Positions 38,646 through 47,849 of a stretch of 64,000 bases of DNA are shown piece by piece (the stretch's first letter is position 1; every line of letters starts with the position of its first letter). The notes beneath the pieces are model-generated. The model had not been told where the DNA came from. It worked only from the letters and a program-made list of their open reading frames with translations, and ran no database searches. The DNA is taken from positions 2,720,001 through 2,784,000 of the forward strand of contig CP181291.1 of NCBI GenBank assembly GCA_052279835.1, written 5' to 3'. The translations under genes were made by a program, and so were the position numbers. Source of the stretch: Microcoleus sp. Lineage in GTDB: Bacteria; Cyanobacteriota; Cyanobacteriia; Cyanobacteriales; Microcoleaceae.

Positions 38646-40820
38646 CTAACTAAAAGATCGATCGTCAAACGGCAATTCATCAAACAGCGAATCAATATCA
38701 CCCTCAGACTTAGCAACTGACGAATGAGTAGAAGACTTTGGAGGCTTCACCGAAGGCACTTTTGCCACTGGTAAATTCGCCGCCGGTTCCAAAACAGCAG
38801 GCTCAGATTTCTGTAACTTAGCTACAGGCAATTCCCCGCCATTCTCGCCATTTTTGCTAGTTTGATTCCACATCATCATTCCCAGCAAACCATCAACCAA
38901 ACCACCACCGCTACCATTGCCGCTCACCGCAACATCCGGCACAACTCGTACATGGCGATCGCCTATAATTTGCATTAACTGTAAAGCAGTATAACCAGAA
39001 CCCCCCAAAGCCACAACACCAGCGTGATAAGCCTCAGCTTGGGCATTTCCCCTCACCCGAATCGACTCAGCTTCACCTTGAGCTTGTTTCACCTGAGAAT
39101 TCGCTTTCAACTCCGAAATCTTCACACCTTGTTCCGATTTCACCATCTCTTGCTGAATCTCAGCCAGCGCCGTTTCCCGCACCAATTGTTGCCGCTGAGT
39201 TTGCGCTAATTGCTGCACCTCATAAGTCTTACATTGTTCTTCCGCAATTTTGCGATCTGTTTGAGTTTGCATCAACTCTGCGGGTGGTAAAATATCCCCA
39301 ATCAAAGTATCAATTGCTTGCACATCATAGGTACGCAAAGCTGCTTTAATATACTCGGCGGCTTCCGCTTGTCTGCCACTTCTTGCCGAGAGAAAATCTA
39401 ACACAGAATAAGCTTGAGCCGAATTGCGGAAATAATTGCCAATTGTGGGCTGCAAAACATGATCGACTAAATTCTGCATCGAACCGACACGAGAGATGAC
39501 TTTCGGAGCATCTAAAGCTCCCACATGAATAATCTGAGCTACTTCTAAATCAAAGGCAAAACCATCTTGAGAACGTACAGTTAAAGATGAAAGTTGAGAG
39601 TCATAACTGTGTCTTTCTGTTTTGCTAGACCAATTCAAAACAATATTTGTAGTGGGGACTAATTCTACCTTCAAAATACGCGTATTTAGCGGATGTTTGC
39701 CGGGATAAAGTGGAGTTATCCACACGCCTTTATTGCCAACTTCCACCAAATTGCCGTGGGTGAAAGCAGCACCACTGATATCTTCTGAGGTTTTACCGAC
39801 ATAGGAAATAACTGCGCCCACATAGCCGATCGGGATTTCCGTCATCGGTACTTGTTCCACCCCGACAAACCAAGGATTTAAGTTCCACGAACCCGATAGT
39901 AAAACCTGTTCCTGCAAGCCGCGCCGTCCTCCACCAGTGATGAACTTCTGTGCATTTTGGAAATTATCATGATTCGGAATAATCGGGCCAGCAATTTCGC
40001 CATCTTGAATAGGAACACCGTCATAAGTGGTCACAATTCCTACTTTATCTGGTGCAATTTTGTACAGTTTCAAATGTTCTGCTGTCATCCCATGTTTCTG
40101 TGCATTGGCTGCGGTAATTATAGTAAATAATGCTGTATTAATTCGATAGCTACCTCCAGTTAAAATTCCCAATTGTCTACCTTTTTCGCCACCGCTCTTT
40201 AGGAATTTTCGAGCATCTTGAAAATTGTCGCATTCTGTGATTTTACCAAGGATGCGCTGGGGCGGAATAGACTGACCACCTGCTGCGATAATTAAGGCAA
40301 TTTCACCTTGGGGAACCACTGTTAAAGATTCTTTGCGAACATTGTATTGCAAAGGCCAATAACCCCAGTGCCAACCGGGAGGTAAAGTATCAGCTTGATA
40401 TCCCGCTTCTCCGTTTAGAGCAATTAAATCTCCGGGTGGTAAAGCCTTGCCGCCGAAGCTAAACTTTTTACTGACAATGCCCACTTCGCGATCGCCAATT
40501 ACTACCAATCCACCAAAAAATAATGGTATGCAAAGAACGATCGCACCACCTACGACAATTGGTACAATTGAGCCAAATAAGTCCATCTGTACTGTCTGCA
40601 CAGCGATAGTAGTTTGAGGTAGCTGTTTCGATAGTAACCCAGGTTTAGCTACTAGCTGCGTCGAAATTTGACTGGTAGGGGGGATATCGCTAGCAGCTAA
40701 TACGGGCGATGTTTTTAAACTGCTTGTTGCGCCCAAAGCTATAGCAGCCGAAACAGCCACTGCTAATTGTTTGAAAACATGAACTTTAATTTTTGACTTG
40801 GGTTTAAATAAATCAAGCAT
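38646..40820 (-). CDS. SPFH/flotillin-family membrane protein
   Basis: TM followed by repeated GxQ..L.PG units, band-7 domain (LTVRSQDGF..YFRNSAQ), AE-rich coiled coil. Confidence 0.88.
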   Translation of the reverse strand: MLDLFKPKSKIKVHVFKQLAVAVSAAIALGATSSLKTSPVLAASDIPPTSQISTQLVAKPGLLSKQLPQTTIAVQTVQMDLFGSIVPIVVGGAIVLCIPLFFGGLVVIGDREVGIVSKKFSFGGKALPPGDLIALNGEAGYQADTLPPGWHWGYWPLQYNVRKESLTVVPQGEIALIIAAGGQSIPPQRILGKITECDNFQDARKFLKSGGEKGRQLGILTGGSYRINTALFTIITAANAQKHGMTAEHLKLYKIAPDKVGIVTTYDGVPIQDGEIAGPIIPNHDNFQNAQKFITGGGRRGLQEQVLLSGSWNLNPWFVGVEQVPMTEIPIGYVGAVISYVGKTSEDISGAAFTHGNLVEVGNKGVWITPLYPGKHPLNTRILKVELVPTTNIVLNWSSKTERHSYDSQLSSLTVRSQDGFAFDLEVAQIIHVGALDAPKVISRVGSMQNLVDHVLQPTIGNYFRNSAQAYSVLDFLSARSGRQAEAAEYIKAALRTYDVQAIDTLIGDILPPAELMQTQTDRKIAEEQCKTYEVQQLAQTQRQQLVRETALAEIQQEMVKSEQGVKISELKANSQVKQAQGEAESIRVRGNAQAEAYHAGVVALGGSGYTALQLMQIIGDRHVRVVPDVAVSGNGSGGGLVDGLLGMMMWNQTSKNGENGGELPVAKLQKSEPAVLEPAANLPVAKVPSVKPPKSSTHSSVAKSEGDIDSLFDELPFDDRSFS

Positions 40821-40889
40821 TTGTTTAATATGGGCTAGATTGTCCTATTGGTTCAAGCTTAGCCTCGATCGCAAAGTTTGACCTAAAAC

Positions 40890-41010
40890 TTAAGCATCTG
40901 TGTTTGGCAAATATATTCGTAGGGGCGAAGCATGACCGCAGACAATTTATTAGTGATCACCATAGATTTACAGCGGTCATGCTTCGCCTATGCAAAATCG
41001 GGATGCTCCC
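40890..41010. repeat. family A palindromic element copy 2 (inverted, left end degenerate)
   Basis: GCATCTGTGTTTG..GTAGGGGCGAAGCATGACCGC..GCGGTCATGCTTCGCC..GATGCTCCC. Confidence 0.8.
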
Positions 41011-41111
41011 AGGGGCAGGCACTCACACCGCCCCTACTGAGGATGAAACAGCCCTGGGGGATAGGCGGATAATGGGATAGGATTTGACCTGTTTTGAGAT
41101 TTAAAAAAGAT

Positions 41112-41180
41112 TTTTATTTTCAATAAGTTGTATTTATTGAAAATAAAACTCAATCATTCATCTATTGAAAATCATATAAT
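41112..41180. promoter_or_regulatory. AT-rich palindrome with Fur-box-like repeats
   Basis: perfect 15-bp IR TTTTATTTTCAATAA-7 nt-TTATTGAAAATAAAA; ATTGAAAATAAAACTCAAT; further ATTGAAAATCAT. Confidence 0.45.
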
Positions 41181-41556
41181 GAAAGGGTTTCAGCCTCTGG
41201 AAGCAACCTGTTGATGCACTCAATAGTGCTGCTTCAGAGAAAGTGCTGGGGAAAAAACTGAGAAGAACCCTCATAAATTTCGAGGGACGATCCCAATAAA
41301 TTAATAAGACACACAGCACGCTCTCGCAACCACTATGCTCAAGCTACTCCCAAAGTCGATCGCTCGCAAACATCTAGGCCCTGGTACAGGCGATCGACCT
41401 TTCAACAGAAAACAAGTACATCAATCCTAGGACTCATCCAATCAGTCACAGAAAAAACATTACGATAAATCTTTAAGTCGCTTAAACTAAACTGGAGAAA
41501 GACTCGAATATGCCAAAATTCCCTCCCCTGCGTCAGACTTAAAATCTTTCTTTATT

Positions 41557-43242
41557 GTGATTGGAGAATCGACCAAAATGACCACTTACTCTCATCGAGA
41601 AACCATTCCCATATTACCAGAGCGTCGAACTAACACCGAGGTTTTCTGTACCTATCTCATGCTCGATACCCAAAACGGTCTCCCACTGATTAAGTGGCAG
41701 AATATTCCGGCTCTCAAACGCAATTTTGAGTTATACCAAAAACACAACCAGACATTTAGACAGTTGTTATCTCAGCCAAATACGCTCCAAAGTATATCAA
41801 TGTTTTGGCGGAGTATAATAATTGCTTCTCCGCCTATACTTGCAGAATGGGAACCCAAAAACAGCAAAAAATTAGCCTTAGAGCATTTAGCTAGTTTATT
41901 TGAAAAAAACTGCTATTATGCCAGCAAAAAAGTATGGTTAAATTCACAAGAACGCTCTTGGGAAGAATATCTATCTTCTGCTCGCATTTTTGTTTACAGT
42001 TCGGATAGTCTGGTCAAAGTGTTAAAGTCTTATGACGAAGCTCAGGCTAATCTAGATACATACATTCAACAAACCTTAATTAAGGAGATTAAAAACGAAC
42101 ACCAGATATGTAAATTTTCCCAGTGGCGACTGGTAGTTAAAAAAAGCGATAAAGAGTTGCGGCAAGCGCTGCAAAGAGCCGGATATCAGGAACCTTATAT
42201 TTCTCAATGTATCTTTGCGCGCAAATACTTTCAACAAGTTTATCGCTTTAACAAAGTTCAGAATCCCGCCCTCCGAAGATTGGGGGATAAATGGCTAGAG
42301 CCTGACAGCGAAGACTTTCAAGCTGCCACAGAATGTTATAATGCAGAAAAGTCTCTCTCTTGTGCTCCCCATGAAGTTTCCGCAGGCTCAAGTATTAGCA
42401 TAGAGCAAATGCAAGCTTGGATGGAAACCTGCATTGAGGTCTTACAAAAATACGAGAAAATTATTATTTCTAGCTCTGAAAATATTCAGAATATATTCCC
42501 AATAACTCAGCCACAAGATAGCGACCAATTATGGGATGCCTCAGAGCTAGAAATAATTAGTCTGGAAGCTGAAGAATCTGATTCAGAAGCAAATCCCCAA
42601 TTGCATCAAACTCAACTGGATTTCCATGAAGAACTCGATCGCCTAAAACCGGATCAACACAAAATTCTCTTGCTTTATTACGGTTTAGGCTTGAAGCAAA
42701 GGCAACTGGAAACTCAATTAGGAACGAGCCAGTCCGCTATTTCTCGTCGTCTCAATACTATTAAGAAGCAACTCTTAAGAACCTTGATTAACAAATCACA
42801 ACCCCAGGCATGGGTGACAAATTATGTAGTTGAATGGTTACATAAAGATTTCCGCGCCCCCCGGCACTCAGATTTAATTGAAGCAGCCTTAGTTCAAGCC
42901 ACAAAAAAACTGACAGTGGAAGCTAAACATATTTTGTTTCGGCGCTACGGTCAACAGCTCAATGAACAGCAAATTGCCAGTCAATTTGGTCTTAGTTTAT
43001 TAGATGTGAAGACCATAATTTCTGAATCTCAGGAAAAGTTACAAGCCTATTTAATCAAGGAACTACCTCATTGGGAAAAAGAATATGTCGAAGAGTGGCT
43101 CAAGAGTTTTTATTACTCTCTGATTTGCCTAGCTCATGAGCATCTAAATCTATCTTTAGAGATGACTAATGACTGGGAAACAATTGATAAGATTGTCGAA
43201 GAAAGCTTGAGAATTTTAATGTTTAATAAACAAGAGGAATAA
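41557..43242 (+). CDS. cyanobacterial sigma-70-like factor with two region-4 HTHs
   Basis: LALEHLASL..CYYA, KFSQWRLV; HTH LLLYYGLGLKQRQL..SQSAISRRL and RRYGQQLNEQQIASQFGLS; start may be 41578. Confidence 0.75.
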   Translation: MIGESTKMTTYSHRETIPILPERRTNTEVFCTYLMLDTQNGLPLIKWQNIPALKRNFELYQKHNQTFRQLLSQPNTLQSISMFWRSIIIASPPILAEWEPKNSKKLALEHLASLFEKNCYYASKKVWLNSQERSWEEYLSSARIFVYSSDSLVKVLKSYDEAQANLDTYIQQTLIKEIKNEHQICKFSQWRLVVKKSDKELRQALQRAGYQEPYISQCIFARKYFQQVYRFNKVQNPALRRLGDKWLEPDSEDFQAATECYNAEKSLSCAPHEVSAGSSISIEQMQAWMETCIEVLQKYEKIIISSSENIQNIFPITQPQDSDQLWDASELEIISLEAEESDSEANPQLHQTQLDFHEELDRLKPDQHKILLLYYGLGLKQRQLETQLGTSQSAISRRLNTIKKQLLRTLINKSQPQAWVTNYVVEWLHKDFRAPRHSDLIEAALVQATKKLTVEAKHILFRRYGQQLNEQQIASQFGLSLLDVKTIISESQEKLQAYLIKELPHWEKEYVEEWLKSFYYSLICLAHEHLNLSLEMTNDWETIDKIVEESLRILMFNKQEE

Positions 43243-43246
43243 ACCC

Positions 43247-44698
43247 ATGTTTGATTTAACCAAATTACAATCAGTTAATTCTAGTGAATCTTGCCTCGTG
43301 CGGTTGACAATTGACCCAGCAGATATAGAGACTGCATGGCACGAAGCTCAAGAGCATTCTAATCCAATTTCTCGTTACAATGCTTATCTAAATAGTGTTT
43401 GTTTAAAGCCTTTTATGAACTGGATTTCAGAAGTGTGGTCAGAGGAAGAGTTGCCTCCAATTTCTGTTTGGCAACGTCAGGATCTTGCTAGTATTTGGGA
43501 AGTTGTCAATGGCACTGCTATCGAAATTGGCGAAACTAGATTAGTGTTAATCCCTAGCGATGAGGGAGATTTGGAGGAATTTTGCGTGCCGCAGGAATGG
43601 GTTGATATTCCTAATTGGACTGCTGATTATTACCTGCCAGTGCAGATGAATTTGGATGGGGATGATGGGGAGTGCTGGATGGAAGTTTTGGGTTTTGCGA
43701 CGCACCGCCAACTGAAGAATGAAGGTAGGTATAATGCGACAGATCGCACTTATGTTTGGCCCATACAGGAATTAACCAAATCTTTCGTTGTCATGGACAT
43801 AACTTTAGGGTTGAATTTGCAAGCAGAAGTCTCACCCTTGCCAATTTTATCCAAGGTGGAATTGACTCAATTATTACATACTTTGGGTAATTCTGCGGTG
43901 TATTCTCCCCGGCTGCTAGTCCCTTTTGGGCAATGGGCATCTTTCTTGGCTAATGATGAATGCAGACAACAACTATATAATCTGCGTTTAGGAATTATTC
44001 AGGAACCAGTGGTGGTGGAAAGTCAATCACGTTTAGTTGAGTGGGCAAAGACTTATATTCAAGCTGGCTGGGAGACGATTGATGACTTAATTGAGAGGTT
44101 GGGAATGTTAGATTCTGGCTTAATGTATGCGATGGAAGGTGAAGGTTATCGTTATGGTGATTCTAGCAGCCATAAGGGAATTCCGACATTGCTTGAATTA
44201 TTGCGCGATCGCCGCCATAAAAGCAATCAATTGCGGGCTGCGGAATTATTAGGTTGCGTTGAGCCTGGAAATCAGGAGGCAATTTCCGCACTGACACACT
44301 TGCGGGAAACTACCGAAAATGATGCCTTGAAGCGCCAAGCAGCAGTCAGTTTGGGAAAACTTGACCCCAAAAATGCCGCTGCGGGGGTGAGAATTGGTAA
44401 GATGATTGAATTAAAAATGGAGCTCGATAGCGATCGCGTGGTGCTAGAAATCACTCTGTTACCTGAAGGAAGTGATAAAACCAATATTTTCTTGCGGGTA
44501 TTACCAGTGCGATCGAAAACTCTACCACCCAATCTCGAACTAATTATCCTAGATGAAGATGGCGAAGTTTTCTGGGAAGAAAAAGCACACCATTTTACCA
44601 ATAGTCTAATGTATGAATTCAGAGGTGCGATCGGCGATAATTTCCAGGTAAAACTGGCTTGTGGCGAAGTTAGCATCACAGAAGATTTTACCATTTAA
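43247..44698 (+). CDS. DUF1822 family protein with HEAT repeats
   Basis: NAYLN, WEVVNGTAI, RLVLIP, VPQEWVDIPNWTADYY; HEAT (RAAELLG..RQAAVSLGK); C-terminal LPPNLELIILDEDG..EDF. Confidence 0.88.
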   Translation: MFDLTKLQSVNSSESCLVRLTIDPADIETAWHEAQEHSNPISRYNAYLNSVCLKPFMNWISEVWSEEELPPISVWQRQDLASIWEVVNGTAIEIGETRLVLIPSDEGDLEEFCVPQEWVDIPNWTADYYLPVQMNLDGDDGECWMEVLGFATHRQLKNEGRYNATDRTYVWPIQELTKSFVVMDITLGLNLQAEVSPLPILSKVELTQLLHTLGNSAVYSPRLLVPFGQWASFLANDECRQQLYNLRLGIIQEPVVVESQSRLVEWAKTYIQAGWETIDDLIERLGMLDSGLMYAMEGEGYRYGDSSSHKGIPTLLELLRDRRHKSNQLRAAELLGCVEPGNQEAISALTHLRETTENDALKRQAAVSLGKLDPKNAAAGVRIGKMIELKMELDSDRVVLEITLLPEGSDKTNIFLRVLPVRSKTLPPNLELIILDEDGEVFWEEKAHHFTNSLMYEFRGAIGDNFQVKLACGEVSITEDFTI

Positions 44699-44726
44699 CT
44701 AAATTACGATCTGGAGGTAAAAAGCG

Positions 44727-47075
44727 ATGAGCAAGCTTGTAATTTTAGAAATACGCGATGCTGACAATGAGCAACGCTATCCTGTCACCCTCAGAATTTG
44801 CGATAGCATGAATTATCAGAATTTCCAAAGTACAGTTAGCGGGAAATTTCCACCAGCTAAAGATTTGATAGAAAACTATGATAATTTGAAGCGAAATCGC
44901 ATGGATGGCGGTTTTGGTTCTTATCGCAAATTAGAAAAGCTCAAGAAAGCGCAAGTTACCAATGTTTCAGTGAAAGAATTAGCCAACGCCGTAGAAATAA
45001 GTGTAAATAATTGGCTAAATTTTCCAGATTCTGATTTTCAGGAGGTCAGAGATTTACTTTTAAAAGTATTGAGTGCTCATAAAAATGATGTCAGGGTCAT
45101 TATCGAAACCGACAATATTAGTTTATGGAGTTTTCCTTGGCATTTATGGAATAAGTTTCAAGAGTTTGAAGTAGAACCTACTTTTGCTCTTTTAACTACT
45201 AATATTGATTCTAAATTAAACCAAGAAAATTATAAAAATAAAATTAGGATTTTAGTTATATTAGGAGATAGTTCAGACATAAATGTCGAGGCAGATTTAA
45301 AACTATTAAAAGAATCTATTGCCCAGAATGATGCAGAGATTACAACTTTAACAGCTACTAATAGTAGCAAGCTTAATGACGAGTTATGGAACCAGAATTG
45401 GGATATCTTATTTTTTGCAGGTCATAGTTCTAGTGAAGATGATTACAGTCAAGGTAAGCTGGCTCTGAGTGAAACTGAAAGTATAGCGATTAAAGATTTA
45501 AAGTATGGTTTACAAAATGCGATTAAGCACGGTTTGAAATTAGCAATTTTCAATTCTTGTGATGGCATGGGATTAGTCAAGGAACTAGCTTCCCTGGAAA
45601 TTCCTGCGATAATTGCCATGCGAGAGCGAGTGCCGGATGAAGTTGCTCAGAAATTTTTGGAGCATTTTCTAGACGCATTTGCTACTGAAAAGAAATCTTT
45701 GCGGGACTCTGTTATGCAGGCGCGGAAAAAGCTGCACGTTATGGATATTCAATATCCCTGTGCTAGTTGGCTACCGATGATTTATGAGCATCGGGCTGTG
45801 GAGCCTCCCACTTGGGATGAGTTGCTCAAGGGGAATGAGGAAGAGAGGCAACGTGTTTCGATTTGGCGCAATCTTCGGGCTCTGTTGGTGGCTAGTGTGT
45901 TAGTCACGGGTGCTGTGATGGGAGTGCGGTGGATGGGATTGTTAGAATCTTTAGAATTACCTGCTTACGATTATTTAATGCGGCAACGCCAACCTGAGCC
46001 GATCGATCCGCGCCTTTTAGTTGTTGAGATTACAGGTAGCGATCTGGATAAATATGGCAATCCAGTCAAGGATGCGACTGTAGCTAAACTTATCGAGAAA
46101 ATAGAACAGAATGAGCCACGGGCGATCGGCTTAACTTTGCATCGCTATCAACCTCAACAACCAGGTAGAGAAGCTTTAATCGCCCAATTTAAGAATTCCA
46201 ATCTTTTAGGTGTGTGTGCATTTGGCGATGGTAATCAACAAGGTTATCCACCTGCGCCTGAATTATCAGAAAAGCAAATCAAAGATCAAATAGGATTTAG
46301 CGATTTAGAAATAGACGATCGGCACGACAACAACGGTCGCATGGTACGTCGCCAACTACTATCCTATAATCCTCAGCGGTTTCCTTCTTCTTGCCCTTCG
46401 CCGTTTAGTCTGAGCTTAAAATTAGCATACCGATTTATATATGGAGAAAATATTCAACCGATAACTCAAGAAAATGACAAGTGGAAATTTGGTAAAATTA
46501 TTTTACAACCCCTTGGCTCTCAGACTGGCGGTTTTCAAAAATTAGGTGAAAGCGACCAAATCCTGTTGAATTACCGCGCCAACCCCATGCCAGCCCAAAA
46601 AGTAACTCTTACAGAAGTTATCGAAGGACGAGTTAGCCGTAATTTAATCAAAGATAAAATTGTTTTGATTGGTGTTAATGACCCTAGAGGAAAAGAAGAG
46701 GTAGATACTCCTTATGGGAGAATGGCGACAGTATGGGTTCATGCTCACATGGTTAGCCAAATTCTTAGTGCTGTTATTGATAAACCTAATCGTCCTTTAT
46801 TGTGGGTATTGCCACAATGGAGTTTTATTCAGTGGGGAGATACTGTTTTTATTTGGGTGTTTGCCTTTAGTGGAGGATTGTTAGCTTGGCGGTTTCGATC
46901 GCCTTTACAATTGACATTAGCTGCTGGCGTAGCAACTTGCATCATCTATTACCTTTGCCTCGCCATCCTGCACAGAGGAGGCTGGATGCCACTTGTCCCG
47001 TCAGTTTTAGCTTTGTTTACGACCGGAGGAACTTTGGTCCTCTATACTGTGTCTAGGGAGCAAAAACATCTATAA
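44727..47075 (+). CDS. CHAT (caspase-like) - TM - CHASE2 - 3TM receptor
   Basis: FPWHLW, FFAGHS (His), IFNSCDG (Cys); LELPAYD, DPRLLVVEI, KIVLIG, HAHMVSQIL. Confidence 0.92.
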   Translation: MSKLVILEIRDADNEQRYPVTLRICDSMNYQNFQSTVSGKFPPAKDLIENYDNLKRNRMDGGFGSYRKLEKLKKAQVTNVSVKELANAVEISVNNWLNFPDSDFQEVRDLLLKVLSAHKNDVRVIIETDNISLWSFPWHLWNKFQEFEVEPTFALLTTNIDSKLNQENYKNKIRILVILGDSSDINVEADLKLLKESIAQNDAEITTLTATNSSKLNDELWNQNWDILFFAGHSSSEDDYSQGKLALSETESIAIKDLKYGLQNAIKHGLKLAIFNSCDGMGLVKELASLEIPAIIAMRERVPDEVAQKFLEHFLDAFATEKKSLRDSVMQARKKLHVMDIQYPCASWLPMIYEHRAVEPPTWDELLKGNEEERQRVSIWRNLRALLVASVLVTGAVMGVRWMGLLESLELPAYDYLMRQRQPEPIDPRLLVVEITGSDLDKYGNPVKDATVAKLIEKIEQNEPRAIGLTLHRYQPQQPGREALIAQFKNSNLLGVCAFGDGNQQGYPPAPELSEKQIKDQIGFSDLEIDDRHDNNGRMVRRQLLSYNPQRFPSSCPSPFSLSLKLAYRFIYGENIQPITQENDKWKFGKIILQPLGSQTGGFQKLGESDQILLNYRANPMPAQKVTLTEVIEGRVSRNLIKDKIVLIGVNDPRGKEEVDTPYGRMATVWVHAHMVSQILSAVIDKPNRPLLWVLPQWSFIQWGDTVFIWVFAFSGGLLAWRFRSPLQLTLAAGVATCIIYYLCLAILHRGGWMPLVPSVLALFTTGGTLVLYTVSREQKHL

Positions 47076-47099
47076 CTACCCCGGCATACATGAATCAAG

Positions 47100-47831
47100 A
47101 TGCACCCATTCCATTTTAAATTAGCTTTCGGGATCGGGACTATACTAATTGGCATTACGCCCTACTCTAGCTGGCTACAAACTTCTTTTAGCGTTCTGGT
47201 CAGTCAAAACCCAGAGAAACCTCCTGACAAAGACCCCCCTTCAGGACGAAGAACATCAGGCGGAGATCTTGACCCGACCAATCCGAACTGTAAAAAAACA
47301 AGTCAGCCACTTACTGCTATTGTTCCTTCTAATAGCCAGGGGAAAATCACTTCTGAACGTCTCACGTTGTGGTTTTATGTTCCCTATACTTCCGAAGATA
47401 TAACCTCCGCAGAGTTTTCGGTACTCAATCAAGATGAAACAGATTATGTCTACCAAACTCAATTTATGATGCCGAAAATACCGGGAATTGTGAGTATCAG
47501 CCTTCCCTTATCTGCGAAAAATTCCTTGGAAACAGGGAATTTTTATCGTTGGTACTTAAAGTTTAAATGCAAAGGTTCTACAAGTAACGCACCGGATATA
47601 GAAACGGACGGATGGGTGAAGCGGATAGCATCCACGCCTATCACAACTAATCAAATAAATACGGCAACGCCAGAGATTTGGTATGATGCTGTGAATAATT
47701 TAGCTAACCGCCTCCTCGCTTCTCCACAAGATACTAAGCTCAAGCAAGAATGGACAGATTTATTGAAATCTGTTGGTTTGTCAAATTTGGCTCAAGAACC
47801 ATTAACAGGTCCAGTTATCATTTCCAAATAA
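47100..47831 (+). CDS. DUF928 domain protein
   Basis: signal-like N-terminus, PSGRRTSGG, LWFYVPY, YRWY, IWYDA, WTDLLKSVGL. Confidence 0.92.
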   Translation: MHPFHFKLAFGIGTILIGITPYSSWLQTSFSVLVSQNPEKPPDKDPPSGRRTSGGDLDPTNPNCKKTSQPLTAIVPSNSQGKITSERLTLWFYVPYTSEDITSAEFSVLNQDETDYVYQTQFMMPKIPGIVSISLPLSAKNSLETGNFYRWYLKFKCKGSTSNAPDIETDGWVKRIASTPITTNQINTATPEIWYDAVNNLANRLLASPQDTKLKQEWTDLLKSVGLSNLAQEPLTGPVIISK

Positions 47832-47849
47832 TTCTTAAATGATTGTTGA

